DNA from: the human T2T-CHM13v2.0 reference genome, Homo sapiens
Assembly: GCF_009914755.1 (NCBI RefSeq)
Contig: NC_060926.1
DNA: 64,000 bases
Strand: one strand, 5' to 3'
Part shown: one piece after another, positions 1 through 17,640 of the stretch
Numbering within the stretch: the first letter of the stretch is position 1
Layout of the letters: the number at the start of each line of letters is the position of its first letter
Notes under the pieces: generated by a model
What the model was told of the DNA's origin: nothing
The model's input: the letters and a program-made list of their open reading frames with translations, nothing else
The model's database searches: none
Made by a program: the position numbers and the translations under genes

Positions 1-982
1 GCTAAGCAGGCTGTTTTCTTCTCTTTAACACAAAATAACTCACTTTTTCTTTAGTCATTGCCCAACCAGTTTATCTACCCTCAGCTCTGAGCATGAGAAT
101 CTTCATATTTACTGCTTGAATGATGGGAATAAGAATGTGTTCTTGGCACTACTGAGTTGGACTATCAATTGCATTTTCTCACAGAGGTATTTTACTTATT
201 TACACTTAAGTTCTGCCTTGCTTCAAAAAAAAATGATTTAAGATGGAAAAGGATTGTTGTACATGGCAGAGAGCTTCAAAGTACTCCTGAAATTGTATGT
301 AAGGTACTTTATAGATTTATGTAGATGGGCTGAGACTGACCCAACATCCAATCGCCATTTTTAACATTTTATCTAAGGGATGTGGATACCAAGTGAAAAA
401 TTATTTACAGATGAAATTTTTTTTAGCACAGTCTGGTCAGACTTACAGAGAACTATCTTTATTTCCTTTCATGTCTGTAGCTAACTGAATTTCACTGTGC
501 ATTCTACATTAGATTTTCTCATTATGTTTGTACAAATGCTTTACTTAATAAGCACTTTATCTCTTGTATTTTGAGCCAGATCCTTAGTCTAAGTGAATCA
601 TATTGTACAGTTTTCTAGCTATCTTGCTACTTCACTACTGAAATCTTGTGCATGTATAACAGCATTGACTAATCCTAGCTAATGTCTATATGCCCTTCTC
701 CCCAGATATAAAATACGTATGCTTCAGTATCCCCAGGCCTTATCAACCTGTGGAAAAAATGAGTTCTCATTACTAATTATACTTAAATCAGGCTGACACA
801 TTGTCCCATCTGCTCAAGCAGGAAACCAGCTTCCCAGAAAATCTCCCTATCTCTGCCATTCCTCTACCTCTGAAAGTATACTTGGGAATTCCTACAGAGT
901 ATTTTTATGTGGGTTCAAAAAGCCCATACCCCCCAGGGGATTCCATTCTCCCATGAGAGAGAGAATTAGCTCTGTTTTTGAG

Positions 983-1190
983 AGCATAAGCCCTGGACTT
1001 AATCTACCTGTGATTGAATCCTGGTGCCACCATTTAGGTACATGACCTTGGACTATTTGCTTAACTTCTCTAAACTTCAGCTTGTTAACTGGAAAGTGGT
1101 GATTGTTTTAGGGTTAAGTGAGTTAATGCATTTGGAGTACTTGGAAAGTATCTGACCTATATTAAGAGCCCCATAAAGATTACTCACTGT
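983..1190 (+). mobile_element. MIR SINE
   Basis: Degenerate MIR core: gattgaatcctggtgccaccattt...tgaccttggactatttgcttaacttctct. Confidence 0.75.
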
Positions 1191-1934
1191 TATTATCCAC
1201 CACGTCTTCTGTTGCTGCTTCTCTTTTTTTAAGCCCCACCCCCCGACTTGAATGCTAGCACACGGTTTTAAAAATCTGCCAATCCAGCAGGTATCCATAG
1301 GGTCCTCAATGCTCCAGATCATTGTGTATTCATCACAGAAGTGGGAAGAGGGTCCCTGCTTACATTTGGCTCAAGTGCTTTCCTTAGAGCTGGTTGAGGT
1401 TAAGGTGGCTAAGATCCCTTGCATTTTCCATCTCTTTTTCAGGCTCTAGTACATTAAAAGCTACCTTTGTGCAGGTACCCTTCACCTCATGTAAATCAGT
1501 CAGTATGACCAGAAGCCTGGACAGGGATGAGAGTAGGAATGTAGTCCAGCCACTTAACCCCACCTCAGTGACTTCCCTTTACTGTCAACCATGATCTCTG
1601 CAAGCAGAAGGAACCATTTTCTCCATTGCACTTACTACCTTAATGTATCTTAATTTTAGTTGTCTGTATATTAAGTGAATTAATAGACTGAATTCAGGTA
1701 TTTAAAGTCAAAACCTCTTATTTTCCTTTTTACATGTAGATATTTCAGTGTATTTTAACCCCTCAATCCTACAATTTATTCTGCTTTTTTTGGCCTTGAA
1801 AAAGTGGTATTTATAAACAATTATGCTATGCAAAATAATTAAATTATTTTTATAGCAAAAGTGACAATTAACTTAGTAAATACATTTTTAACAATATTAA
1901 AATTTTAATTTCAGAGTAACTATTTTTGATTGAA

Positions 1935-3576
1935 TGGAGAGTTTTGGTGGTCTGGATAGAAGATCAAGTCACCCATATTTCTTTAAGCTGAAGTCTAATC
2001 CAGAGCAAGGTCCTAACTCTCTTTAATTCTATGAAGGCTGAGAAAGGTGAGGAATCTACAGAAGAAAAGTTTGATGCTAGTAGAGGTTGGTTCATGAGGT
2101 TTAAAGAAATAAGCCATCTCCATAACATAAAAGTGCCAAGTGAGGTAGCAACTACTAATGTAGAAGCTGCAACAAGTTATCCAGAGGATCTAGCTAAGAT
2201 CATTATGAAGCTAGCTGTGTAGCTTCATCAGTGTAAAATCTAAACAACAGATTTTCCATGTAGATAAAACAGCTTTCTATTGGAAGAAGATGCCATCTAT
2301 AACTTTCCTATTTAGAGAGGAGAAATCAATATCTTGCTTTAAAGTTTCAGAGGATAGGCCAACTCTCTTGTTAGGGGATAATGCAGCTGGTGACGTTAAG
2401 TTGAAGCCTGTGCTCATTTACCATTTAAAAAATTCTAGAGTCCTTAAGAATTTTGCTACATCTACTCTGCCTGTGCTCTGTAAGTGGAACAAAAACCCCT
2501 AGATGACAGCACATAGGTTTACAGCATGGCTTACTGAATATTTTACAGCCACTGTTGAGATCTGCTCAGAAAAAAAGGATTCCTTTCAAAGTATTATTGA
2601 TCATTGGCAATGCACCAAGTCACTCAAGAGCTCTGATAGAGATGTACAAGGAGAATAACAGTGTTTTCATGTCTGCTAAACACCACGCATTTTGTAGCCC
2701 ATGGATCAAGGAGTCATTTTGACTTTTGAGTCTTATTATTTAAGAAATACATTTTGAAAGGCTGTAGCTGCTTTATATAGTGATTCATCTGATGAATCTT
2801 AGCAAGGTAAATTGAAAACATTCTAAAAAGTATTCACCATTCTATATGCCATGAAGAACATTTGTGAATCATGGGAGGAGATCAAAATATCAACATTAAC
2901 AGTAGGTTGGAAGAAATTGATTCCAACACTCATGGATGACTTTGAGGGTTTCAAAATTTCAGTGGAGGAAGTAACTGAAGATGTGGTGGAAATAGTAAGA
3001 TAACTAGAATTAGAAGTGGAGCCTGTAGATGTGACTGAAGTTTTGCAAACTTATGATTGAACTTTAATCAATGAGCAGTTGCTCCTCATGGATGAGCAAA
3101 GAAAGTGATTTCTTGAGATGGAATCTACTGGTGAATACGTTGTGAACATTGTTAAAATGACAACACATGATTCAGAATAGTACATAAATGTAATTGATAA
3201 ATCAGCAGCAGGGTTTGGGAGAATTGACTCAAATTTTGAAAGAAGTTCTATGGGTAAAATGCTATCAAACAGCATCACATGCTACAAAGATATCTTTCAT
3301 GAAAGGAAGAGTCAAGACCCTCTATCAGCAAAATAATTCACTGAAGGCTCAGATGACTGTTAGTATTTTTTAGCAATACAGTATTTTAAATTAAGTTATG
3401 TCCTTTTTTTATGCACAATGCTATTGCACACTTAATAAACTACTACATAGTAGTTTAAACATAACTTTTTTACGCACTGGGAAACCAAAAATTTGTGTGA
3501 CTCACTTTTATTGTGATATTTGTTTTATTGCTGTGGTCTGAAACTAAACCTGTAATATCTTTGTGGTATGCTTATA
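1935..3576 (+). mobile_element. Tigger1 DNA transposon (pogo/Tc1-mariner), 5'-truncated, with decayed transposase
   Basis: ORFs 2031-2222 ([12 protein letters not shown]) and 2290-2502 ([23 protein letters not shown]) are Tigger transposase fragments; the right end gtggtctgaaactaaacctgtaatatctttgtggtatgcttata resembles the Tigger1 terminus; many stops and frameshifts. Confidence 0.93.
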
Positions 3577-3629
3577 CTTGGAATTTGTCTCAATTTTGAT
3601 ACCTTGTCAATTCAGAGAGGTAGGAGAGT

Positions 3630-3870
3630 GTCATGATTAGGTGGGAGGGCTGGAGCTAGTTTGTCAAGTTTGAATTGTGTCCCTACTCTGTGGTAGTTGT
3701 GTGTCTTGGGTAAGTTACTTAACTCCTCTGTGTTTCAGATTCCTCATCTGTAAACATCCTCATCTGAGGATAATAATAGCCTAGATGTAATGGGATATGT
3801 TATTAGGATTGAAATAGTTAGTATGTTATGTGGTCACAGTGCTTGGCATGTAAGAAATAATAACTGTTGG
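3630..3870 (+). mobile_element. MIR SINE
   Basis: tgtgtgtcttgggtaagttacttaactcctctgtgtttcagattcctcatctgtaaa core. Confidence 0.85.
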
Positions 3871-3919
3871 CTAATATTATTAACTACATCAAAAATATTC
3901 GACAAAAAGAACATTATTT

Positions 3920-4030
3920 TGATTCATTCACTCTACAAGTATTTATTGGGTGTACGCCAGGAACTATGCTAGACTCTGAACTAAAAGGCAATTAAGACAA
4001 AATTACTGCCCTCAAGGAGCTAGTAGTCTT
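3920..4030 (-). mobile_element. L2 3' end fragment
   Basis: attcattcactctacaagtatttattgggtg...tgccctcaaggagct. Confidence 0.7.
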
Positions 4031-5805
4031 GTATCCTAAAATTTTCAGATGATTTCTTCAATCAAACATTTCACTTTAGGGAACATGGATTCATGACATA
4101 ACATGTCAAAGAGATGTTTATTCTTAAAAAAAGAAAGATAGATCTTGAATTTAATGATGAATTCAACAAACTATATTCAGTAATCTTTTTTTTTTTTTTT
4201 GTCCAAAACACCTAGATTTCAGGCAACTGTTGCTATGTAGAAGAATAGCTTTAAACAAATCCAAGTTACTAGGAAGAGTTAATATAGACTGCAGAGAGAC
4301 TCTATTCTTTTATCCTCCTGGAATTCATTAAAATAATTTTAAAATTAGTCTTGTGAAGATAAACTAAAATAATTTCCATTTTAATGCAACATTGTGTGAT
4401 TAGCATATCCCTATTTATTAGCCATTTCTGTCCTTCAAAGAATGATAAGGGTTATTTAAACTTGAATAATACAGCTAAGTTTAAATATCTAGGAACAGTA
4501 CTTTTCTATTTTTGGCAGAAAATACATATTATTTTCTGAAAAGTCAGCATCATCAACAAGACTTCTTAAAATGACACAAATTGGAAAATAATTTAGCTTC
4601 CCAATTATTATTGAGAATTTATGAGCAAGGCTGCTAATCATCAGTATCTTGGGGTAAAAGGAAGTGAATTGACAGCAAAAGGTACATATGTAAGTTTTGA
4701 AGATAAACTGACCTTGTGCCAGTCTCTCAACCTGTCCTTCTTAACAGATGAATGACATTTGTTGTGTCAGTGGTTTGAAGTCAATAACAATTGATACTCT
4801 CCTTGGGGACCTCTTGGGCTTACAAAGGCAATATTTTAGAATGAGGACACAGTCTGGTGATGAGTAAGTAAGTATCTCTGTTGATGTTAGGAAGATATGT
4901 TACTTTGAAGCTTTGAAATTCAAAAGAATTATTGCTGCTCTGTTCTTTTAGTAGTTATTGAACAATAATGATGCATAATTTTCAGCTACACTTCAGATGA
5001 AAAATAAGTTCTTTTTTCTTAAAAGTAAAAATATTAACATGTTTGTGTACTGTGATATTTCACTCTTGTTCTGTTTGGAGAGTAATTTCATAATGCTGAC
5101 CCTGGTAAGCATCTTGGTGGGACAATATCTTTTTAAATGAACTTGTCTATTTTTATCTAGGTCACAAAGGTATGCACACATTTAGTTTTCAGCCTAGATG
5201 TATTCCCACATTTTGCCTTGCCTTTGATGTCCTTATTCTAGTACTTGCTTACCTGCTTTGTCTTAACCCCAGAAGAAACATGATGTTACTGAACGTCATG
5301 GTCGTGAATGTCTTACATGCACCCATTGTGTTTTTGAGATGGTTAATTCCAAACCAACATGAACATAGTTCTTTCTGTTATCAAAGCTGGTTTCTGAGTT
5401 TGGCTGGTATGAATCAACACCACAAAATCTGACCACCTTTTGAGGAGCTGACAAAACTTGAGGGCCTGGATTAAGAAACCTTTCTTTGAAGACCTTTCTG
5501 AGTAGCTTTTCAAAATTATTCATAGCTCTATTTATTTCAATTCAGAGTATTTACAAACACATAAATGCCTTGTTTTCATTATTTAAAATCAAATCGAGTG
5601 AATTTCTCTTTAACAGAATTTTAGCTTGAGTTCACATAAACAATGACATTAATAATAATTGAAAGCAAACTCCCATTAAATATATCTAGATATTCTTATT
5701 TCACTCACTATAAAATTTAATCATCTCATTAACTATCTAATCTCTTAAGTGAAATGACCAGGTAATGGAACTTGATCTGATTGATTTGATTGGTTCAGTG
5801 ATTAA

Positions 5806-6112
<307 letters not shown>

Positions 6113-6999
6113 AAGACTCTCTCTTAAAGTCAAAATAAAACTTGACTAGTCAGGTGAACTGCCCCTTTAAAAAAATTCTGTTTATCTCTTTTTGAGTCCC
6201 CTATAAGGAGAACATGGACTTAAACCTCTCTGTTTAAGAAATGGGAGTCACTGGAGGACAACTCTATCACTTTGGTAGGAAGGAATCCAACATATATCGA
6301 GCAATATTTCTTTACGAAATGCTATGTAAGATGAGCAAATAAAGACCAGGTTGTCTACCAATAGACTTTTTCATATCTGAGCAGCATGTTATTCTTTCAC
6401 AAAAGGTTTCTGTCTGTTTCTCATATAATCTCAGTTTACTCATTATATGAACACATACATTTGTATGTATATACACACAAACATATTGAGTTTCTACTGT
6501 GTATAATTCAGGTTTCAAAGATTCTAAATCTTTAAAATTTTATCTATATAATTAATGCAATCCTCATAAAATACCAACATTTTGAGGCATCTGACAAAAT
6601 TTAAGTTATATATATATATATCATCTTTTTCAACAGTGAAAAGTGCTGTGGAGAAAATTAAGCACAGGCGGTAGATCGGGAGATAGGGAGGGCTATCTAT
6701 GGACAATTAGTTTTAAAGAAGGTCCACAGGGAATACCAATGAGGTATTACTTTTATTTTATAGAAGAGAAATTTTACATTTTCAAGATATGTGAGTAGCT
6801 ATCTAAAATTCACTGATGGTGCAAACAGAGTTTGGTTTGTGTATTTGAGATCTTTAAATTAAAACCCCAGTAGAGCCGTCTTGAAATATAAAATCAAAGC
6901 AACAAAATGTAACAAATATCTTTGTTAACAATTCATTACACCTTTATGTTAAACAACCCATAGTTCAAAAATAAAATAAAACTTTGCTTGTGTGATGTT

Positions 7000-8960
7000 C
7001 ATACAATAATGAAAATGAAAACAGTAAGCTATAGAATCTATGAGCTATATCCACAGTTCACACAGTATAATTCTCATAGTTTTAAACTTACAAAATAAAG
7101 ATTAATAGTAAATGAATTAATTATTCAAATCAAGTGTTTTATAAAGATTAACAAATAGGAGCTAAGGAAAATAGAGGAAATTATTGATAAAATGAAAGCA
7201 TAAATTTATACATAACACAACTGGGAACCTACATAAAGTTTATTTAGCAAAACACAATTGGTAACATATACAAAATTAGAAATGAAAGTGAGGAAATAAC
7301 CAAACAACCCCAAGTGGAAAGGATATCAACTTAGTTATTCATGAATATTTTATAATATTCTCTCTAAATCTATTTGAAATCCTAGATGAAATAAATGTTT
7401 TGTTAATAAAAAGATTTATAAATAACTAGACTTTACTAGAAAAGATTTAGAAAGCCTAAATTGTACAAAAACCTAAGGAGAAATTTGAGAAAAGAATTTA
7501 AGTTACTTCTCACAAACAATGTACTCAGAAGATTTTACAGATGAAGTCTTTCAAACAGTTTAGAAAGAAATAAATGTAATTCTGTTAAATGATTACTATT
7601 ATACAAAAGAGGAAGTTTTAAAGTGATACCAAAATCTGATAGGAATGATAGAAAAAAAAAACTGACTACAAACCACTTTAACAACTCATGAAGGCAAAGT
7701 ACAGAACACATTATTGGCAAACAGCCCTGCATGAAAGATGTTTCAGTATTTGGAAAACTGTTATTATAATTCACCATATTAAGAGAGTAGAAAACAGTAT
7801 TTCTTCTTAAATGTTAAACTGAAAAACACCCTTACAAATATAGAAACTTCTGTAGAATGAAATAAATATATGTGTTAATTAAAAAGAAAGCATAAATCTT
7901 AATAATGAATCACTAAGACATTCCTGTTATCTCCTGATAAGATGGGAGATAATACAAAAAAGAAATATATAGATGCCCTTTTATATCTTTATATCATTTA
8001 TTATTTTCCTGGAAGCACAGCCAGTACAACTAGACAAATAATGTAAATAGACTTATAAATGTTAGAAAGTATGTGCCTTTTTTTTTTTTGCAAATGATTG
8101 CAATGTAAACCTAAAGTAATCAACTAAAATCTAGTATAATTTAGTAAAATAAAGGTGAAAAACGAATAACCAAAAAGTTTTCTACATGCCAAAACCACCA
8201 ATTTAGAAAAGCAATGGGATAGAATATTTATAATACCTGGGAATATAATTAATGATCAATGTGTGGAACTTATGTGAAAGAAAATTATTTTCTAAGGACA
8301 ATAAGGAAGTATTAAAAAGAAAGACATACTTTGGATAAAAAGAATCTATGCTATAAAATGTATATTTTTCTCAAATATATATATTTAATCTATTCCCTTC
8401 AAAATACCAGCAAGATTGCTTTTGAGAAAATTTGCAAAAAGATAGTACATTTTGTTGGAAAAAGATAAATAGGTAAGATTAAAATGAAAGATTGTTAATA
8501 AGAACAATGAGGGGAAACAAGCCTTGCCAGGTATGTTAATAAACCTGGAGAACTTGAAAGAGCTTGTTATTTATTCAAGAATAGACTGAAGAGCATTTTA
8601 TTATGGAAATGAAAGTCAAAATGTATGAAGATTTTAATATATAGATAATGGTAGAACTCAAGTAAATGGGGAAGGAAATGGATTATTTAATAAATGATGT
8701 TCAATAAGTTGGCTTGATATTTAGAAAAATAAACTGATATCTCTCACTTCTTACCCTAAACAATTAATCTAAATTTCAGATGGCTCAAACATTGGAACAT
8801 AAAAAATAAAGTGAAATCAGAAAAGCAGTTGAGTAAAACATCAGGATATGATTTAGAAAAGGACTCCAGAACATGCCACAAAGTTTAAAAGTTGTGAAGA
8901 TAGACTGATAAATCTAAGGGCATAAAAAAATCTTTCAGTCAAGGCAAAAAATAAAAGTCA
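7000..8960 (+). mobile_element. Highly diverged L1M ORF2 region; resumes at ~11507-11590 after the nested younger L1
   Basis: A-rich sense strand with L1 ORF2-like motifs (tttgcaaatgattgcaatgtaaacctaaa, ggattatttaataaatgatgt). Confidence 0.65.
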
Positions 8961-8961
8961 A

Positions 8962-11844
<2,883 letters not shown>

Positions 11845-11934
11845 TCACCATGGTTCATACAAATAGTAGAGTATACTGCACATATTTTATTTTAAAATGA
11901 GAAATATATTTTTTGTTGTTCTTGCTTTCTCTTT

Positions 11935-14900
11935 TAAAAATTTTTTATTTTTATTTTTTAGCTTTTAGGTTTAGGGGTACATGTGCAGGGTTGTTATATA
12001 GGCAAATAATGTGTCATAGGAGTTTGGCATACAGATTATTTCATCACCCAGGTAACAAGCATAGTACCCAATAGGTAGTTTTTTGGTCCTCATGCTCCTC
12101 CCACCCAGCATTCTCAAGTAGGTGCTGTATCTGTTGTTCGCCTCTGTTTGTCTTTGGGTTCTCAACATTTAGCTCCCATTTATAAACGAGAACATGTGCT
12201 ATTTGATTTTCTGTTCCTGTGCTAGTTTGCTTATGATAATAGCCTCTACCTTCATCCATGTTGCTGCAAAGGACATGATCTCAGTCTTTTGATGGCTGCA
12301 TAGTATTCCCTGGTATATATGTACCACATTTTTTTTATCCATTATACTGTTGATGGGCATTTAGGTTGTTTCCATGTCTTTGCTATTGTGAAAAGTGCTA
12401 TGATGAAAATACATATGCATGTATCTTTATGTTGAACAATTTATATTCCTTTGGGTATATATCCAATAATGGGATTTCTAGTCAAATAGTAATTCTGCTT
12501 TGAGTTCTTTGAGAAATTGCCCAACTGCTTTCCACAATGACTGAACTAATTTACATTCCCAACAGCAGTGTATAAGCATTCTCTTTTCTTCATAACCTTG
12601 CCAGCATCAGTTATTTTTTGATTTTTTTAAGAATAGCCTTTCTGATTGGTGTGAGATAGTATTTCATTGTTGTTTTTATTTGCATTTCTCTGATTAGTGT
12701 TGTTGAGCATTTTTTTCACATGCTTGTTGACTGGGTGTATGCCTTCTTTTGAAAGGTGTTTGTTCTCACTCTTTGTCTACTTTTTAAATGAGGCTATTTG
12801 TTTTTTGCTTACTGATTTGTTTAGGTTGCTTATAGAGTTTGGATATTTGACCATCGTTGGGTGCATAGTATGCAAATATTTTCCCTCATTCTATAGGTTG
12901 TTTGTTACTCTGTTGATAGTTTCTTTTTCTATGCAGAAGCTTCTTGCTTCAACAACAGCACCATGCTGTTTTGGTTATTGTAGCCCTATAGTATAGCTTG
13001 AAATTGGGTAATGTGATGCCTCCAGCTTTGTTCTTTTTGCTTAGGATTTCATTGGCTGTTTGGGCTCTTTTTTGGATCCATACGAATTTTAATATAGTTT
13101 TTCCTAATTTTGTGAAGAATGTCATTGGTAGTTTGGTAGGAATAACATTGAATCGCAAATTGCTTTGGGTAATATGGCCATTTTAACAATATTGATTCTT
13201 CCTGTTGATGAGCATGGATATTTTCCATTTGTTTGTGCTATCTATAATTTCTTTAAGTTGTGTTTTGTAATTCTCATTGTAGAGATCCCTCATCTCCCTG
13301 ATTAGCTATATTCCTAGGTATTTTATCCTCTTTGTGGCTATTGTAGATGGGATTGCATTCTTGCTTTGGCTGTCAGATTGCATGTTGTTGGCATTTAGGA
13401 ATGCTGCTGATTTTTGTACATTGATTTTGTATCCTGAAACTTTGCTGAAGTTATTTATTAGATCAAGGAGCTTTTGGACAGAGACTATGGGGTTTTCTAG
13501 GTATAGAATTACATCATCTGCAAACAGGGATAGTTTGACTTGCTTTCTTCCTATTGGGATGCCTTTTATTTATTTCTCTTGTCTGATTGCTCTGGCCAGG
13601 ACTTCCATTACTATGTTGAATGGGAGTGTTGAGAGAGGGCATTCTTGTCTTGTTCTGTTATTCAAGGGGAATGCTTCTAGCTTTTACCCATTCAGTATGA
13701 TGTTAGCTGAGGATTTGTCATAGATGGCTTTTATTATTTTGAAGTATGTTCTTTCAATGACTAGTTTATTGAGGGATTTTTAACATGAAAAGATATTGAA
13801 TTTTATCAAAAGCCTTTTCTGCATCTATTGAAATAATCATGTGGTTTTCATTTTTAGTTCTGTTTATGTGATGAATTACATTTATTGATTTACATCTGTT
13901 AAACCAACTTTGCATCCCAGGAATAAAACCTACTTGGTTGTGGAAGATTAGCTTTTTGATGTGCTGCTGGATTTGGTTTGCTGTATTCTGCTGAGGATTT
14001 TTGTATCTATCTTTATCAAAGATATTGGCCTGAAGTTTTGTTTTTTTGTATGTCTCTGCCAGCTTTTGTTTTCATGATGAAAATGGCCTCATAGAATGAG
14101 TAACGAGGAATCCCTCCTCCTCAATCTTTTCGAATAGTTTCATTAGAAATGGTACCAGCTCTTTTTTGTACATCTGGTGGAATTCAGCTGTGAATCTGTC
14201 TGGTTCTTGATTTTTCTTGTTGGTAAGCTTTGTAGTACTGATTCAGTTTTAGAACTCATTACTGATCTCTTCAGGGATTCAATTTCTTCCTGGTTTCATC
14301 TTGGAAGGTTGTATGTTTTCAGGATTTATCCATATCTTCTAGGTTTTCTAGCTTGTGTGTATAGTGGTGTCCATAGTAGTCTCTAAGGATTTTATTTAAA
14401 AAAAAATTCTGTGGAGTCAGTTGTAATATCCTTTTTATAATTTCTGGTTGTGTTAATTTGGAAATATATCTATATCTATCTATCTGTGTATATATCCTCA
14501 ACACAGTATCAGATATACTAGTATCAGATATATCAGATACCGTGTTGAGGATATATCTGATGCTTAGTTCTTCTTGTTGAATTGAACCCTTTACCATTAT
14601 GTAATCTTCTGTCTTTTTTGTTATATGTTAGTTTAAAGTTTGTTTTGTATAAAATTAGAATAGCAACCCCTGCATTTTGATGTTTTCCATTTGCTTGATT
14701 TTTCTCCATCCGTTACTTTGAGCCTAGGTGTGTCATTACATGTGAGATGGGTCTCTTGTGTATAGCATATTATGTATAGCATATTATCAGGGTCTTGCTT
14801 CTTTATCCAACTTGCCACTGTGTACCTTTTAATTGCATCATTTAGCCTGGTTACATTCAAGGTTAGTATTTATATCTGCAGATTTGATCCTGTCATCATG

Positions 14901-15015
14901 TTGTTAGCTGGTTATTATGCAGAATTGTTTGTGTGGTTGCTTTATGGTGTCACTGGTATATGTACTTAAGTGTGTTTTGTTGGTGGCTGGTAATGCCTTT
15001 CATTTCCATACTTAG
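11935..15015 (-). mobile_element. L1 (L1PA15/16- or L1PB-like) ORF2 plus 3' UTR with internal deletions near 12945 and 14460
   Basis: T-rich tail; minus-strand ORF2 fragments ([14 protein letters not shown]...[16 protein letters not shown]; QETHLTCNDTPRLKV). Confidence 0.92.
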
Positions 15016-15440
15016 GAGATCGGTTTTAAGAGACATAATAAGACTAAATTATCTTGTGAACAAAAGTAGTGACTTAAAAGTATATACAGATTTACTTCTG
15101 AAAAAGTGAGCTACACATAAAAAGTTGATGGAAAGGTATGTGAAACAGTTTACAGTACTTACCTCTCTGGGGAGTGGGCATAAAATTATAGTTGAGAGGA
15201 TCTTTGAATTATACTTTTTGAAATCTTTTAATGATTAAAATGTGTTAATCATATATGTATTATTTTATTAAGTGGATTTAAATAAAAATGAATTTCTGTT
15301 AAAATAATATGGTATAATCTATAGTCAAATAGTTTTAAAAATAAATTAAAAAACAGGGGAAATAGTTACCTAAATCAGGGATGGGGAACTAGGTTTTTGC
15401 AAAGATAAATAGTCTCTCTTCCATCCTTTAGATGTGTAAC

Positions 15441-15740
15441 TTTTTTTTTTTTTCCCCTCTGAGACATGGTCTTGCCCTATCATCTAGGCTGGAGTGTGGT
15501 GACGTAATCAAGGTCCATTGCAGCCTTAACCTCCTGGGCTCAAATGATCCTCCTGCCTCTGCCCCCCAAGTGGCTTGGACTATAGGTGTATGCTATCATA
15601 CTCAGCTAATTAAAAAAAGTTTTTTGTAGAGACAGGTGGGCTCTTACTATATTGTACAGACTAGTCTCAACCTCCTGGGCTCAAGTGATCCTCCCATGTT
15701 GGCCTCACTTGGAGTTATTGGTGTGAACCACTGTGCACTA
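15441..15740 (-). mobile_element. AluJ
   Basis: Dimeric Alu with J-type ctcctgggctcaaatgatcctcc and heavy CpG decay. Confidence 0.88.
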
Positions 15741-17119
15741 TCTAGATTATAACCTTAAAATAGGTTATATTTTGCTGCATGTCCAACTATATTAACTGAT
15801 GTGCTACTTTGTCTTGTAAATTAACAACTCTTTTTAGTGAATAATAGTATTTCATGTGATAACATTTGTTAAGACATGGAATGGAGTGCCAAGTATTAAC
15901 ATGAACTTTTTTACTTGATGTTTTCAATGATTCAGAACATTCACCTTTCAAACTAGCGTAATAAAAACACTTTTCTTATTCTCCAAAGCAAGGTGTGAGG
16001 AGGAACAATTAGGTTTTGTGTATGAGTTTTCCAGCCATCAAATATCTGTTTAGCACCTACTCTATTAAGCTGTTGTAGTGAATAAACCTGCCACTAGGTT
16101 GGTTTCTGGCATTAAGGTATCTACACTATTTTTGTAATCCTGCCTCTTGCCAGTAATACATTTATTGCAAATTGTGGCTGGGAATATCTAAGAGGATATT
16201 TCTATCATCACTCTTGGCAGTAATGTTCACTTAATGAATAGCTTAATGGACCTATTATATGACAATATTTGATTATTTCAAAAGTCATCAAATTGAATTT
16301 AGAATGCAAAAGAGAATATAAAGACTCTAATGTATATAATTAAATATATTATGTTGATTTCCTATAGAATTGATTTTGTGTTAGTTTTTAAGAGCGTTAT
16401 TTGAATTTAACATTTTGTCTTGAAGATAGGTGTTTTGAAATTCATTCTGTAACTTTATAGTAGACTATACAAAACATGTAAAAGTCTAAATTATTCAGTT
16501 TAGTATTCCAGTGGAATAGCAAATGATTCCAATGCTGTATTCTAAAGGTAAGTATACAGGAGCTTCTTTAATTGAAAAACAGTGAACTTTTATAATTTAC
16601 CATTTTTTTTTAGCTTTGTGATATATTTTCTATAGCTGTTCTTTCAGAATAAAAGAATGGTTGTCTTAAATCTCTAGGTAGTTGTACCCAATTATTTCAT
16701 GTTAAATAAAAAAAAACAGTATACTTTGTGTTCAATTTCTGTTAAGTCTCTGGAGGAAAAAAAAACTGTTTCTCTTTTGATACTTTGCCTATTTTTTCAT
16801 CTTTATTCTCAAGGTTTTAAAAGGATATGAATAATTCCCATTCCTTCCTTCTTTGTAGAAATATTATTAAAAAATACTGTGCCTTCAAATATAAACCAAG
16901 CATAAACCAGAGAAATAAAATTCATTCAGCCATTAAATTAATAATTGGTTATTTGGAACTTGAAAATTAATTGATCACAAAGCTAAATTTTATCTTTTTT
17001 CCCTTTCCTCTCAAATCAATTTGTGTATGGGCAGTGTTTAATGAGCAAATAGAAAGTTTCATGAAAGAAATTATTGCAGTCATTCTGTTACTAACAGCAA
17101 GGCCCTAGAGCAGGTTTTA

Positions 17120-17640
17120 AAAATAAATTTTATTTTAAAATGATTCTAGGTATTCAAGATGTACAATGTGATGACTGGATATACGTATATGTTGTGTAAA
17201 AATTGTCACAATCAAACTAATGACCACATCTATCACCACTCATGCTATACATTCAATCCCCAGAACTCGTTCATTTTATGACAAGCATCTTCCTACTTTC
17301 AACACCCTCCGGCTCCTTGCAACCACTGTTCCACTCTCTGATTCTATGTGTTCACCTTTTTTAGATTCTACATATGAGTGAGATCATATAGTATTTGTCT
17401 TTTTGTGTTTGGTTTGTTTCACTTAGCGTAATGTCCTCCAGATTCATCCATATTGTTGCAAACGGCAGAATTTCCTTCATTTTTATGACTGAATAACATT
17501 CCATTGTGTATATATAGGCAATGAAATATATGTATGTATGTATAATATACACACACCACCTTTTCTTTATATATTCATCTATTGACACTTAGGTTATTTC
17601 CATATGTTGGCTATGGCAAATAGCGCTTGATGAATATGAG
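17120..17640 (-). mobile_element. L1MA-type 3' end
   Basis: ORF 17361-17588 (MECYSVIKMKEILPFATIWMNLEDI) is the L1 ORF2 C-terminus; followed by 3' UTR. Confidence 0.85.

Noticed and set aside
2031-2502. Domesticated TIGD/CENP-B-like transposase gene
   Set aside because: Multiple stops and frameshifts plus 5' truncation; an ordinary Tigger1 fossil.
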